64,000 nt of DNA, from positions 512,001 to 576,000 of the forward strand of contig JAVLKG010000002.1 of NCBI GenBank assembly GCA_032128875.1. Direction: 5' to 3'. Shown piece by piece: positions 46,639 to 57,747 of this stretch. Each line of letters opens with the position of its first letter. Positions within the stretch are counted from its first letter, which is position 1. The notes under the pieces are model-generated. The model saw only the letters and a program-made list of their open reading frames with translations, made no database searches and was not told the DNA's origin. The stretch is from Candidatus Melainabacteria bacterium 17Bon1m. GTDB taxonomy: Bacteria > Cyanobacteriota > Vampirovibrionia > Obscuribacterales > Obscuribacteraceae. The translations under genes and the position numbers were made by a program.

Positions 46639-47589
46639 TCAATCGTAGTGGCGCATCTCGCTTCGGTCATCTACGCCCCCAGGATTTGATGCGCTTGCTT
46701 TTTTGCCTACATAGTCGAACGTGTATTCGATGTCGATCGTCGGTGGAGAGCCAGAGCCAAGTTTTGGCAGTGGACTTATTGCAGAAATAGTTTTCATCGC
46801 AGAATCATCACATGCTTTGTTGCCGGAAGATTTAGCGACTCTCGGGTTTGATGTTTTTCCTGATTTATCAACAGTGAAGTGAACTACAACTTTCATTGGT
46901 TTCAAACCGGCCGGCGGGCGCCAAGCATTTCTGATTTTGCTTTGAATTGCAGCCATGTAGCGAGCTCCGTCGAATGGCTCTATTACTACATCGTCGCTTG
47001 GATTTGGAGCGGAGTTTTTTGAATGAGTTGTGGATTGCGTTGGTGTCTGTTTTGCCGAAGTTTTCGATGTTTCAGGTGGGGAGTTTTCATTTGCTTCTTC
47101 TGTCTCTTGCGCCTCTTCATCCTCTTTCCTTTCGCTATACCTAGACTTGGGCGGATGTTTTACTGCATCGATAAAGGCAAGCGTGACGCATCCGCCGAAC
47201 ATAGTGAGGCAAATCAAAACAGCAACTATGCCTGTTGATTGTCGAACAAAACGTGTTGAATTGCGCCGCTTTGCCTTAGCAATTTGCTTGAGGATGTCTG
47301 CGTTGTTTGTTGCTTCTGCAATTGCTGTGAGAAACAGTTCGTCTCCGCAAATGAGTGTGTCGCCAGTTTGATGCGCTTGCAAAACGATTTTGTCTTCGGC
47401 CGAGCCGCCAACTCTGACTTCCCATTCGGTCAGTGGGACAGAGATTGGTTCGTTGTCATTTTCTTCCAGATAAATAATTATCATGTCGTCTTGGAAGGAA
47501 ACGGTAGCAGGAATAGATTCTCCCGTACCGCGCTCATAGAGTCGCGCCAGGAAGTTCATCTGCCGGTCGCCTAACTGTCTGCTGCCCAT
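46639..47589 (-). CDS. Single-pass membrane protein with C-terminal TonB/TolA-like domain
   Basis: TM GIVAVLICLTMFGG; YMAAIQSKIRNAW..VHFTVDKSG..KSSGN..CDDSAM..PLPKL. Confidence 0.8.
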   Translation of the reverse strand: MGSRQLGDRQMNFLARLYERGTGESIPATVSFQDDMIIIYLEENDNEPISVPLTEWEVRVGGSAEDKIVLQAHQTGDTLICGDELFLTAIAEATNNADILKQIAKAKRRNSTRFVRQSTGIVAVLICLTMFGGCVTLAFIDAVKHPPKSRYSERKEDEEAQETEEANENSPPETSKTSAKQTPTQSTTHSKNSAPNPSDDVVIEPFDGARYMAAIQSKIRNAWRPPAGLKPMKVVVHFTVDKSGKTSNPRVAKSSGNKACDDSAMKTISAISPLPKLGSGSPPTIDIEYTFDYVGKKASASNPGGVDDRSEMRHYD

Positions 47590-47719
47590 TTATCCCCACA
47601 AGCATGCTCCTTGGAATATTCCCAGTTACTAGCAAAGCTCTTACGTTTAAGAATCTAATTTTCTGTTTGACTTGGCTTTACCACGGGTAAGTGGGACAAG
47701 TCACCTGGGAGCTAGTCAA

Positions 47720-48424
47720 ATGCAATACGACGTCTTGCACGAGGGGTCTAACGCCGTACTTCTGGTTTCGTTGAAACGCGGCGAATCGGTGAGAGCGGAA
47801 TCGGGCGCAATGGTAGCCAAATCGCCGAAACTCCATATCCGCGGAAAAATGTGGGGCGGTTTTTTTGGAGCATTGCAGCGCTCTGTATTGGGTGGAGAAA
47901 CATTCTTCTTTCAAGAAATTTCTGCTGAAGACGGCAACGGTGATGTGTTATTGGCACCAAGTTTGATCGGTGATGTGAAAGTCATTTCGCTTCAGGACGG
48001 TCAGGATTATTATGTGCAAAATGGCTGTTTATTGGCTGCATTAGAGCACGTGGAGATGGGCACGAAGGCACAGAAGTTGACCGCCGGTTTATTCTCCGGT
48101 GCGGGTTTTTTCGTCCTTCATCTCAAAGGCAGCGGACATTTTGTCATCAGCGCATTTGGCGCAATTATGGAAATACCTATTCCCGCCGGTCAGGAATATA
48201 TCGTCGACAACGGGCATGTCGTCGCCTGGTCTGGAGACACTGAGTATCACATGGTTAAAGCTGGAAAAACATGGTTTAGCAGCATGACGAGCGGTGAGGG
48301 GCTTGCATGTAAATTTCAAGGACCTGGAAAGGTTTGGATTCAAACGCGCAATCCTCGATCGTTTGGAGCCTGGATCGGTCAGTTTGTAAGAGCACGGGGC
48401 GGACTGCTTTCTCTTATCGGATAA
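47720..48424 (+). CDS. TIGR00266/AIM24 family protein
   Basis: GESVRAESGAMV, GGETFF, VDNGHVVAW, SGEGLACKFQGPGKVWIQTRN. Confidence 0.9.
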   Translation: MQYDVLHEGSNAVLLVSLKRGESVRAESGAMVAKSPKLHIRGKMWGGFFGALQRSVLGGETFFFQEISAEDGNGDVLLAPSLIGDVKVISLQDGQDYYVQNGCLLAALEHVEMGTKAQKLTAGLFSGAGFFVLHLKGSGHFVISAFGAIMEIPIPAGQEYIVDNGHVVAWSGDTEYHMVKAGKTWFSSMTSGEGLACKFQGPGKVWIQTRNPRSFGAWIGQFVRARGGLLSLIG

Positions 48425-48436
48425 ACAGAAACAGTT

Positions 48437-49537
48437 GTGGAAAGTTATCAGGCACGATTTTATGATTCTTCCAGCAGTGCGCCGGACCAAGTGCGAGTGC
48501 AGGTTGGCAGCGGAAAGATCAGTGTTGTGGGCACCGCATTTTGTATACCCTTCGAAGAGCTTACTTTGCAAGTCGGCGGGCACGATGGTGACAGGTTTAA
48601 ACTCGTTTGCGAGCGTCAGAGTGTTGCAATCGTTTCGGAAGATCGCAATTTGCTAACTGCAATTGCTAATGCTGCAGGTGGAACTGAGCTTGGCAAACAA
48701 GCTGCTCTAGCAGATCGCAAGATCGTTAAAAGAAGCTCGAACAAAGCTCGCTACTGGACAATTGTCGCGGGTTCTATCGCCGCACTGGGAATAGCGGGAT
48801 ACTTGCTGCTCGACCCGTTGTCAGCCGCGGTTGCGACCATGATCGATCCATCATTCGAAATTAAGTTGGGCGAAATGCTCGCTCAGACGGACAAGCTCGA
48901 TAAGAAATCTGAGAGTTACAAGCGCGTTGCAAATATAGGTCAGAAGCTTGTTGCTCAACTGGATAAGTGTCCCTACAAGTTTCAGTTCTACGTGAAGAAG
49001 GACAAGGAGATTAATGCTTGTGCATATCCCGGTGGCATTCTTATTGTCAATTCTGCGCTTATCGAAGAGGCTAAGAGTGATGATGAATTGGCTGGTGTTA
49101 TCTCGCATGAAATCGGACACGTGATCCACCGCCACACGTTGAAGCAAGCACTGCATAATTGCGGATTGATCACTTGCCTCAGTATCATCTCAGGGGGCGT
49201 GGGAGATAACGAGAAAATTGAAGCAGCATTTGCATTGGCACAGAAGTTGGAATCACTAAATTTCAGCAGAACACAAGAAACTGACGCCGACTTGACTGGT
49301 TTAGCGTTAGAAGTAAAAGCAGGCTATAGCGGTGATGGACTGGTTGAATTTTTCAAGCTTTTAGAGAAACAAGAGAAGGCGCTGGGAAAAGGGGCTGCAC
49401 CGCTTTTTGCTATGTTGTCTACGCACCCAATGAGCGCTGAGAGAGTTGCAAGAATCGAAACAGAATTGAAGCGTCTTAAGGCAGAGAATAGCAAGGATAA
49501 AGAAGCATCCGGTGGAAACACTGACGGCGGAAAGTGA
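48437..49537 (+). CDS. M48 family membrane-anchored zinc metallopeptidase
   Basis: NACAYPGG, ELAGVISHEIGH, FSRTQETDAD, LSTHP. Confidence 0.9.
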   Translation: MESYQARFYDSSSSAPDQVRVQVGSGKISVVGTAFCIPFEELTLQVGGHDGDRFKLVCERQSVAIVSEDRNLLTAIANAAGGTELGKQAALADRKIVKRSSNKARYWTIVAGSIAALGIAGYLLLDPLSAAVATMIDPSFEIKLGEMLAQTDKLDKKSESYKRVANIGQKLVAQLDKCPYKFQFYVKKDKEINACAYPGGILIVNSALIEEAKSDDELAGVISHEIGHVIHRHTLKQALHNCGLITCLSIISGGVGDNEKIEAAFALAQKLESLNFSRTQETDADLTGLALEVKAGYSGDGLVEFFKLLEKQEKALGKGAAPLFAMLSTHPMSAERVARIETELKRLKAENSKDKEASGGNTDGGK

Positions 49538-49555
49538 TGTGTTTGTGCTTTGGAG

Positions 49556-51469
49556 CTAGCCGACGTGAATGAGCGGGCGGCGTTTTGAATCGTGTTCTGC
49601 TGAGCGCAGAATTTCTCGTGTTAGAGGAGCTGTTTCACCCTCGCCCAAGAAAATGTATTTCACGATGTAAGAAATCGGGTGACCTTCAGTCCATCCGAGA
49701 TAGGCGTGAGGAACTTTGTGCGTACGATCACGGATGTAGAGAAGCAACGCCGCAAGAGCGTTAGGAACCGCTGATGAGGTGCATCTCAAAACCTGGTATC
49801 CGTTAATCACCTGACCGCTGACTTCAAGGCATTCATCGATAAACTCAGAGGTGTCGTCTGTCTTCACCTCAAAGAAGATGAAGTCACCTTCGGGATGTTG
49901 GATACTGTGAACGTGTCGTGCCCACTCTTCTTTGACACCATAATTGATATCATCCGGGCGGTGGGCAAGAATACGAATTTCCCCCCAGTGTTTTTCTGTC
50001 GCTTCGTCTATGAATTTTTCAGCTTGTTCATCGAGTTTGACTGAAGAAATGCGCAATTCTGTCGAGCGTATGGCACGAGAGATGAGCGAGCTGGCAAGAA
50101 TTGCAACGATGAAGAAAGATGCGATTTGCAAGCCTTCTGTGTTCTGCAGCGTGTTGGCGCAAAGTGTATAGATGAATATTGCGCTGATAAGAATAAAACA
50201 GATTCTAATCAGCCAGTTGCGTTTCCACATTGAGAATGTGGCGGCAATAGCTGCTGACGTCATCAACACAAGAACACCGGTCGCGTATGCTCCGGCTTGA
50301 GCATCGACGTTTGCTTTGAACATAATTGTCACTGCTGCTTCGACGATGAAGAAGAAAATCACCAGTGGACGAGTGGCGAGTGCCCAGTCAGGCGCCATGC
50401 CGTAGCGCGGCAAGTATTTTGGTACAAGCGTAAGCAAGCCGGCGATAGCAGACGCGCCGGCAAACCAGAGAATGGAGATGGTAGATAAGTCATAGATACT
50501 GCCGACCAAGTGACCGCAATACTTGTGGCATAGATACGAAAGTGCGCGGCCGTTTGCTTCGCCGCCTTCGGCAAACAATTCAGGTGGAATGAGCAGCGAA
50601 GTGGTGATACTACTTAAGGTCAGGTAAAAGCACATAATAATGGCAGCAGTTGCCAAAAGCTTTTTGGAATTCTTGATTCGACCCTGGGGATGTTTGGGAT
50701 CGTCGTGTGGAAGCCCTTTTACAAGCGGCATGACGGCGACGCCGGTTTCAAATCCTGAAAGACCCAGCGCCAGTTTGGGGAACAAAAGCATCGAGACGAG
50801 GAACATCTCAAGCGGCGAATGGTATCGATTCATAAGCGACTGCCATGCGTCGTCAAAAACATGTGGATTGTCCATCAAATGCTGACCGGCCGCAAACAGT
50901 ACATATGCGTTGAGACTAAGATAAATAGCTACAATGACGGCAGCAACTCCAATTGCTTCACGAAATCCTTTCAAGAAGACACCGGAGAGCAAACTGAGCA
51001 AAAGAAGCGTCACTAAGACACGATCTTTGTTATGCATCCAGACTGGAATGACTGGACTTTCGATAATGTGAGCAGTTGCGTCGGCTGCTGAAAGTGTAAT
51101 CGTAATGATGAATGCTGTTGCGGCAAAACCGAGCAATATAAGGACTACTGTTTTTCCTCGCCAGCCCCCCAGCAAACGCTCCAGCATTGAAACGGAGCCC
51201 TGTCCATGAGGGCTTTCTGATGCAACAACAAAATAAGTCGGTAGTGCTGCTGCCAGCGTCATGAGCACAAGAACTAGTGTCGCCAGTGGTGACAGTAAGC
51301 CGGCAGCAAGAAATGCGATACCGGGCTGATATCCCAAGGTGGAAAAGTAATCCACCCCAGTAAGGCACATAACTTTCCACCAACTGTCTTGATGGGCGGG
51401 CTCGGCCGTATTGGCCTTGGCGCCTTTCATCAGCCATTTGGAGAATTCGGTAGTCTGTTTTTTAGTCAC
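49556..51469 (-). CDS. APC-superfamily transporter with cytoplasmic C-terminal domain
   Basis: [40 protein letters not shown]; about 12 TM helices. Confidence 0.88.
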   Translation of the reverse strand: MTKKQTTEFSKWLMKGAKANTAEPAHQDSWWKVMCLTGVDYFSTLGYQPGIAFLAAGLLSPLATLVLVLMTLAAALPTYFVVASESPHGQGSVSMLERLLGGWRGKTVVLILLGFAATAFIITITLSAADATAHIIESPVIPVWMHNKDRVLVTLLLLSLLSGVFLKGFREAIGVAAVIVAIYLSLNAYVLFAAGQHLMDNPHVFDDAWQSLMNRYHSPLEMFLVSMLLFPKLALGLSGFETGVAVMPLVKGLPHDDPKHPQGRIKNSKKLLATAAIIMCFYLTLSSITTSLLIPPELFAEGGEANGRALSYLCHKYCGHLVGSIYDLSTISILWFAGASAIAGLLTLVPKYLPRYGMAPDWALATRPLVIFFFIVEAAVTIMFKANVDAQAGAYATGVLVLMTSAAIAATFSMWKRNWLIRICFILISAIFIYTLCANTLQNTEGLQIASFFIVAILASSLISRAIRSTELRISSVKLDEQAEKFIDEATEKHWGEIRILAHRPDDINYGVKEEWARHVHSIQHPEGDFIFFEVKTDDTSEFIDECLEVSGQVINGYQVLRCTSSAVPNALAALLLYIRDRTHKVPHAYLGWTEGHPISYIVKYIFLGEGETAPLTREILRSAEHDSKRRPLIHVG

Positions 51470-51602
51470 AGGGGTGAGTCGATCTATTGAACGAATCCGA
51501 ATCTAACTTTACTTCTAGCCATTCCACGTTTCAATCCCGGGCGCATCAATTCTTTCAGACAAGGGCAAGACTTAACTTCGAGCACTTTTCAAGTAAATAA
51601 AC

Positions 51603-53522
51603 CTAAGTTTGTGGGGTCGCATTGATCACACATGCATGGACGCCCGTGTTGGTTTCAATCTCTCGAGCAAACTCGCGAGCTTGTGTTGGATCTTGACCTG
51701 TACCTAGGAAGATCTTTTTGAACTTGCGGTAACGCTTCAATTGGATCATTCCGTCGATCAAAGTCTCCGGCAAAACTTTCACTGTCAAAATCAAATCGCG
51801 GTCTTTGAATTTTGGTGCCACCTGTTGCGATACCACTCTTTGCAACAATTCAAAAACTACGCCTCGTCGTGCAGCTTCTTCTTCAGCATGGAATATGACT
51901 ACTTCTTTTTCTCCAGGTTCCTCATGTTCGAGGAGGTCAAGTAGAAGTACGGTAAGATTTCTCGCTTTTGCTCCGGCAGTGCAAAGAACGTAGGTAGGAA
52001 GGTTGACGGGCAGATCGTCAACATTTTGGAATTTACCAAGCCCTAGGCGCAAGTCAGGTAAATGCTGCAATCGACCTTCTAAAACACCGAGCCTGTAAAA
52101 TGCGGTAACCATAAGAACAATGAGGAAGATTGAAAGACCTAACATTCTTGCGGTTGATGAATATATGAAAAGAGTTACTTCCGCAAAAGAAAGTGCGATC
52201 AAACCAAGTACAGCCGGCACAGGCATGCTCCAGTCGCCTAGATGCCATATCCATCGAGTCCGGTAAGGCGAGCGAGCAACTTTCAGCGGCATTCTTGCTC
52301 TCAGTAAGATTACTCCGAAGCAGAAAGACATCATCACGCCAAGAAAAGCCATTCCATAGACTTCGCCCAGCACGTTAACTTCGCCAGGAAGCAGGCAAAT
52401 CATCACAATTGTTACCAGCATGAAAGATAGTGCGCAATTTGGATAACCCTGAAAGAATGGCAAGCGTTCTCGAGTTTTGTTGAGTGGCCACGGCGCATTG
52501 TCAGCCCATCGTCTCAAAAAGAAGCCTGGGAGATTTCCTTGTTTTGCCATTGTGGTGCATAGCCCTATGCAGCCAGCATAGGCGGTATTAACCGCTGCAA
52601 ACAGAATCAAGCAAGCGTCCAAAACCAAAATAATCAAACCACTTTGACCAAACTCGATAAATGCTAATCCGCTTAGCAGGCTGTTCGAATAGGTATTCAT
52701 CTGTTCTGGAGTCAGAAGAATAATGCAGAGGTAAGAAGTAAGAGGTGCAGTAATACCCACCAAGGAAACAACTACCAGATACACCTTACGCAGTGTGAGC
52801 CAGGTAGGCGTCTTTAGCTGCTCCACAATTTGCGCTGCAGCTTCAAACCCTGTGATGCCTAGAAACGCCGCAGCGAAGCCTCTATACATGTCCTGTGTGG
52901 AAATCGTCGGTAGTCCTTCAAAAACACGGGCAAAATTTGCCCCGCTCGAGAAAGCAATGAATAGCCCATAGAAATCCATCACTAGCAAAAGACCGAAGTG
53001 GAATGCAGCTATTCCCAGAACAATTTTTGCCGGCTCTTTGATCCCAACAATGTTTAGAAGTCCAAAAAATACAACGGGAATTGAAGCAACTGCGACAACA
53101 TTTTGAACTGGCCAATTAACGATGTTATCGAAAGAATCTAGGTAGTATGCCCCCGAAATTGCACTGACAGCAGCAGTAGCCAGGTAGGAGAGTATTGAAA
53201 GGGCTCCTACTACCATAGCCATCCGCCTTCCGACAGTCTGTAGAACCATCATGTATGCACCCCCGTTAAAGGGGCTAGCGGCACAGCCTTCCTCATACGT
53301 GACCTTGAATAGCCACATGAGAATACAGACGACTAATATCATCAGAGGCGCTGCATATCCAACCAGAGGACGAATTATCCCTGTCGAATAGAAAACGGAC
53401 GTGCCAATATCCGCACCGACAATGGCTGCTGCTAGCCACCAGCTAAGCAGTTCGTCCTTGTGGTGGGTTACCTGTTGCGATGCAGCGGGCTGTGTGCTTG
53501 GTGCTGTAGACGGTTCTTGCAA
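51603..53522 (-). CDS. APC-superfamily transporter (divergent subfamily) with C-terminal alpha/beta domain
   Basis: GADIGTSVFY, NGGAY, LGITGFEA, YGMAFLGVM; about 12 TM helices. Confidence 0.85.
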   Translation of the reverse strand: MQEPSTAPSTQPAASQQVTHHKDELLSWWLAAAIVGADIGTSVFYSTGIIRPLVGYAAPLMILVVCILMWLFKVTYEEGCAASPFNGGAYMMVLQTVGRRMAMVVGALSILSYLATAAVSAISGAYYLDSFDNIVNWPVQNVVAVASIPVVFFGLLNIVGIKEPAKIVLGIAAFHFGLLLVMDFYGLFIAFSSGANFARVFEGLPTISTQDMYRGFAAAFLGITGFEAAAQIVEQLKTPTWLTLRKVYLVVVSLVGITAPLTSYLCIILLTPEQMNTYSNSLLSGLAFIEFGQSGLIILVLDACLILFAAVNTAYAGCIGLCTTMAKQGNLPGFFLRRWADNAPWPLNKTRERLPFFQGYPNCALSFMLVTIVMICLLPGEVNVLGEVYGMAFLGVMMSFCFGVILLRARMPLKVARSPYRTRWIWHLGDWSMPVPAVLGLIALSFAEVTLFIYSSTARMLGLSIFLIVLMVTAFYRLGVLEGRLQHLPDLRLGLGKFQNVDDLPVNLPTYVLCTAGAKARNLTVLLLDLLEHEEPGEKEVVIFHAEEEAARRGVVFELLQRVVSQQVAPKFKDRDLILTVKVLPETLIDGMIQLKRYRKFKKIFLGTGQDPTQAREFAREIETNTGVHACVINATPQT

Positions 53523-53763
53523 AGCTGTTACCGGAGACTCGTCGGCTCAAAAGCCGTTATGAACAGTTGCGATTATATTGCAAGCATTTTGAAAACCAAC
53601 AGATATGGCCTTTAATTCGCTTGATAACGTTGTACTTCTAAATATAGCTCTATAAAATCTTTGATTAAGCGAAAAACGCTGAAACCGCCAACCTGTGAGC
53701 GACGTGCGTCTTTTGATCTTACTTTTGCTTTTGGAGAATGAATTGCTTGACATGGCGATGCTT

Positions 53764-55713
53764 TCAGGCTACATGCACGCAGGGACGGAGGTTTTCGTCC
53801 TTTTCAGCCAGTCTCAAAATCTCGCGAGTTATTGAAGCTGTTTCACCTTCACCCAAGAATACGAATTTCATTACATACAAAAGCGGGGCGCCTTCCGTCC
53901 AGCCGAGATAGATATGTGGTTTTTTACCTGTAAGGTCGCGCAGGTATAGAAGAACGGCTGAAAGTGCATTGGGTACGGCTACCGCATTACAAGTCAGCAC
54001 GCTGTAGCCATTTCGTTTTTCACCCTTTACTTCAAGTACGTCTTCAATAAATTCAGATGCATCGCCAAGCAAGACTTCGATGAAGATCACGCCATCGCCG
54101 CTAATGTTATGTTTGTCGGATATTTCCTTGAGTTTGCCAGCATAATCAAAATTCCCCGGATGATGAGCAACCAGGCGAATTGTGCCGGGCAATTTCTGTC
54201 CTAACTCACCTGTGCTCAAAGACGAACTGCCTACTCCCATTGCTTCCTGCAAAATTGCCTCTGCTTGTTCGTCCACAACGACTTTCTTGATTCGCAGTTC
54301 AGTTGAGCGTCGCAAGCGAGACATGAAAGAGACAAAGATAATTGCCCAGATGAAGAAGCTGGCGATATGCAGACCTTCAGGCCGTTCGATAACGTTTGCC
54401 AGGGTAGTGTAAATGAAAAGTATTGTGATGGCTATTAGCATTAAGCGTCTTGCCACTGAGGTTTTCCAGTCTGTCAAAGTGACTGCGACGGCAGCAGAAG
54501 CCATAAGAACCAAAACACCTGTGGCATATGCAGCGCCTTGTGCATCTACAGACGCGCGGAAATAGTGTGTGACAGCAATACTGACGACAAAGAGCACAAG
54601 TACAAGAGGGCGCATTGCGCGAGCCCAGTCAGGCGCCATCCCGTATCGAGGTAGATAGCGCGGGACAAGATTGATCAAACCAGCCATAGCCGACGCGCCG
54701 GCAAACCAAAGAATTGCAATTGTGCTTAAGTCATAGACTGTTCCAAAAATGTCGCCAAGATAATGATGAGCCAGATACGCAAGTGCGCGCCCATTAGCTT
54801 TTCCGCCGTCTTGAAATTCTGCTGCAGGAATAAGAATTGTCGTTATCAGAGAAGTGGTGATAAGGAAGAAGCTCATCACTACAGCTGCTGTGGAAAGCAA
54901 TGTGCGGGTGTTTTTGATTCTGCCGGTTGGTGTGTTTTCTGTGTCGTCGCTATTGCCCTGCACAAGCGGCATTACCGCAACGCCGGTTTCGAAGCCGGAA
55001 AGTCCAAGTGCCAGTTTTGGAAAGAGAAGGAGACTGACCATGAACATTTTGGGAATGGAAGGATACTGAGAGGTAAGATTGCTGAGCCAGTCGGTGACTG
55101 GTTTTTGATTCTGTAAAACGTCATAACCGCAAACACTGACGACGATCAAATTAAGAGCAAGGTATATGCCGACAAGTATGATGGCAACGCCGATTGCTTC
55201 TCGAAAACCAATCAAAAAGATGCCGGCTAGAACTAGCAAGAGGCCGTCTGTGACAAGGAGAGGACTGAGACCAAAACCCTTCATGAAAACGTTTTCCACA
55301 ACGTGCTGTGCCGCATCGGCTGCAGAAAGAGTGATGGTAATTATGAAATCTGTTGCCGCAAAACCAATGAGGACAAGAACTGCAGCTTTACCCCTCCATC
55401 CTGGTAGCAAGTGCTCCAGCATCGCGACCGAGCCTTGACCGTGCGGCGAAACCTCAGCTACTCGTCTGTATATCGGCAACGCCGCAAAGAGTGTGAAAAG
55501 AACGAGTACCAGAGTGGCGAGAGGAGAAAGATAAGATGCCGCCAGAAAAGCAATGCCAGGTTGGTAACCGAGAGTGGAAAAATAGTCCACGCCGGTAAGG
55601 CACATTACCTGCCACCAGGGTGCTTTTGTGCTTTCGCCTTCGTCTTTCTTCGAAAGTCCCTTGAACAGCCACTTGCGGGCGTTCTTAATGGTTGGCGACT
55701 GGCTTTCTGTCAT
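53764..55713 (-). CDS. APC-superfamily transporter (paralog of 49556-51469)
   Basis: Shared [43 protein letters not shown] and YLGWTEG segments. Confidence 0.88.
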   Translation of the reverse strand: MTESQSPTIKNARKWLFKGLSKKDEGESTKAPWWQVMCLTGVDYFSTLGYQPGIAFLAASYLSPLATLVLVLFTLFAALPIYRRVAEVSPHGQGSVAMLEHLLPGWRGKAAVLVLIGFAATDFIITITLSAADAAQHVVENVFMKGFGLSPLLVTDGLLLVLAGIFLIGFREAIGVAIILVGIYLALNLIVVSVCGYDVLQNQKPVTDWLSNLTSQYPSIPKMFMVSLLLFPKLALGLSGFETGVAVMPLVQGNSDDTENTPTGRIKNTRTLLSTAAVVMSFFLITTSLITTILIPAAEFQDGGKANGRALAYLAHHYLGDIFGTVYDLSTIAILWFAGASAMAGLINLVPRYLPRYGMAPDWARAMRPLVLVLFVVSIAVTHYFRASVDAQGAAYATGVLVLMASAAVAVTLTDWKTSVARRLMLIAITILFIYTTLANVIERPEGLHIASFFIWAIIFVSFMSRLRRSTELRIKKVVVDEQAEAILQEAMGVGSSSLSTGELGQKLPGTIRLVAHHPGNFDYAGKLKEISDKHNISGDGVIFIEVLLGDASEFIEDVLEVKGEKRNGYSVLTCNAVAVPNALSAVLLYLRDLTGKKPHIYLGWTEGAPLLYVMKFVFLGEGETASITREILRLAEKDENLRPCVHVA

Positions 55714-55881
55714 GTTGGAAAATTTCCTTTCTAAGTTTCTTTATCTACCCAATGCAGTCAGCAACCATGCTTTTCGCCGATTTTATCTGTTGTCAGGGTT
55801 CTTCAGGTCCTAGAAACACGTTACTATTCACCTTTTGATTGATACTGGAGAGATGCTTTGATAAGTAAGACCGAAAAGGCT

Positions 55882-57117
55882 ATGAAGTGGTCTTCGCTAA
55901 TCGGCGGGCGCGATGAGGACGATAAGTCGTCTTCGAAGCAAACAGCCAAGCAGATAATCACTCAGATGTCCGAGAGATTGCTGAGCGAACTCGGTCAAGA
56001 ACCTGATTTGGTCATCGCCTTTGTCTCTCACCATTATTCGCGCAACTTCGAGAAAATTCCCGGATATATCAAGGACAAATTGAAGCCGAAGGCGCTTATT
56101 GGCTGCTCTGCCGGTGGCTTGATTGGTGGTGGTGAGGAAGTTGAGCATGACAAAGGCATCGCTCTTGCAGGAGCCGTAATGCCCGGCGTAAATCTCTCCA
56201 CTTTCCACGTTTTCAATGAGCAATTGCCGGATGGTGATGCTCCGCCATCTGAGTGGGAAAAGATAGTCGGCATTGATAACAGTGTTGAGCCGTCATTCAT
56301 TCTGCTGCCGGACCCTTTCACGTTCAGAATCGAGACGATGGTGCAAGGGCTCGATTATGCTTTTGCCAATAGCGTGAAGGTTGGCGGAATGGCTAGTGGA
56401 GCAAACGAACCTGGCCGAAATGCGCTTTTTCTCAACGGCGATGTTTACACTGAAGGCATGGTAGGTCTCGCTGTTTCCGGCAATGTCACCGTTGACACTG
56501 TGGTGGCGCAAGGTTGCCGGCCTATTGGAAAACCGCTCACAGTCACGGCTTGCCAGGGCAATATACTTTTAGAATTGGATGGCGAGCCGGCAATTCACAA
56601 GCTGAAAAGTGTGCTTGAAGATCTCCCGCCGCATGATCAAGAACTTGCGCGCAACTCGCTTTTTCTTGGAGTTGTGATGAATGAGTTTAAGACTGATTTC
56701 AAATGCGGTGACTTCCTAATTCGTAATCTGGTCGGACTTGTACCTGAAGCCGGAGCAATTGTAGTCGGAGAATTGCTCAGGCAGGGACGTACAGTTCAGT
56801 TTCATTTGCGTGATGCTGCAACATCATCCGAAGACCTTCGTCTGATGCTGAAAAACTATTGCGATCGCACGCGTTTAAGCGGTGCCGGTGCCCAAGCGCA
56901 AGGGGCGCTTCTTTTCTCCTGCCTTGGACGGGGCAAATATTTGTACGGAACCAAAAACCACGACAGCGACATTTTCCGTGAGTATGTCGGCGAGGTGCCC
57001 TTAACAGGTTTTTTCTGTAATGGCGAAATTGGACCCGTGGGAGGAACCACTTTCCTGCACGGTTATACTTCCTCCTTCGGGTTATTTCGAGCGAAGGACA
57101 GCGCAGGTTCTTTATAA
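55882..57117 (+). CDS. FIST N/C domain sensor protein (NosP-like)
   Basis: IGCSAGGLI, DPF, VAQGCRPIG, QFHLRD, FSCLGRG, GFFCNGEIGP..LHGYT. Confidence 0.9.
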   Translation: MKWSSLIGGRDEDDKSSSKQTAKQIITQMSERLLSELGQEPDLVIAFVSHHYSRNFEKIPGYIKDKLKPKALIGCSAGGLIGGGEEVEHDKGIALAGAVMPGVNLSTFHVFNEQLPDGDAPPSEWEKIVGIDNSVEPSFILLPDPFTFRIETMVQGLDYAFANSVKVGGMASGANEPGRNALFLNGDVYTEGMVGLAVSGNVTVDTVVAQGCRPIGKPLTVTACQGNILLELDGEPAIHKLKSVLEDLPPHDQELARNSLFLGVVMNEFKTDFKCGDFLIRNLVGLVPEAGAIVVGELLRQGRTVQFHLRDAATSSEDLRLMLKNYCDRTRLSGAGAQAQGALLFSCLGRGKYLYGTKNHDSDIFREYVGEVPLTGFFCNGEIGPVGGTTFLHGYTSSFGLFRAKDSAGSL

Positions 57118-57145
57118 TCTTAAGCGAGAACGGGGAGGATGAATA

Positions 57146-57706
57146 ATGTCACTACTTAAGGTCGCTTCGAGTTTTAGCTCAAAGTCTTGCTCGCAGTTCA
57201 AAAAAATTGCACTTCTAGTTCTTGTCTGCGGACTTACAATTACCACTGCTGCGACTGCCGCACCGGCAAATAGAGCACCCGCCAAAGCTTCATCAAAAGC
57301 TCCAGCAAGCAAACCACACGTGGATAATTCAGGTCCATTGACCGGTTATTTCAATCGCACGAGGTTGCGAGTGCAAAATAACTGGCAGGTTCCTGATGGC
57401 AAGAATACTGTCGTTCTGACCGCCACCATCAATGCAGACGGCAGCACATCCGATGTTGTAGCGACCGGGCACCCGAAAGACGGGCAAGCAGAAGTCAGCG
57501 CTACCGATGCTTTCAACAAGTCGCTCCCTTTGGAAGCGCTGCCTGCAGGAGTGACGTCAGCGAAAATAACGATTAACTTCGAGTATTCATATGATCCGCA
57601 CGGTGACGGCTTCCACAAAGTGTCCGGTCAGATTTCCCAAACTGGTTCGCAACAAGCTCAACCAGCAAGTACCGCCGCTCCAGCCGAAGGCGGAGCAAAA
57701 TTCTAG
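57146..57706 (+). CDS. Exported protein with TonB/TolA C-terminal-like domain
   Basis: Signal peptide; YFNRTRLRVQNNW..TINADG..SATDAFNKSLPLEALP. Confidence 0.65.
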   Translation: MSLLKVASSFSSKSCSQFKKIALLVLVCGLTITTAATAAPANRAPAKASSKAPASKPHVDNSGPLTGYFNRTRLRVQNNWQVPDGKNTVVLTATINADGSTSDVVATGHPKDGQAEVSATDAFNKSLPLEALPAGVTSAKITINFEYSYDPHGDGFHKVSGQISQTGSQQAQPASTAAPAEGGAKF

Positions 57707-57747
57707 TTAGAAACACCTTCGTTTTAGCCAAACAACACGGATGAGCA

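Noticed and set aside
53547-53753. 68-aa ORF between APC transporter genes
   Set aside because: No recognisable motif or convincing RBS, in an AT-rich intergenic context; cannot support it as a gene
55714-55881. c-di-AMP (ydaO) riboswitch upstream of the APC transporters
   Set aside because: Conserved riboswitch motifs not seen by eye; an Infernal/Rfam scan would be decisive
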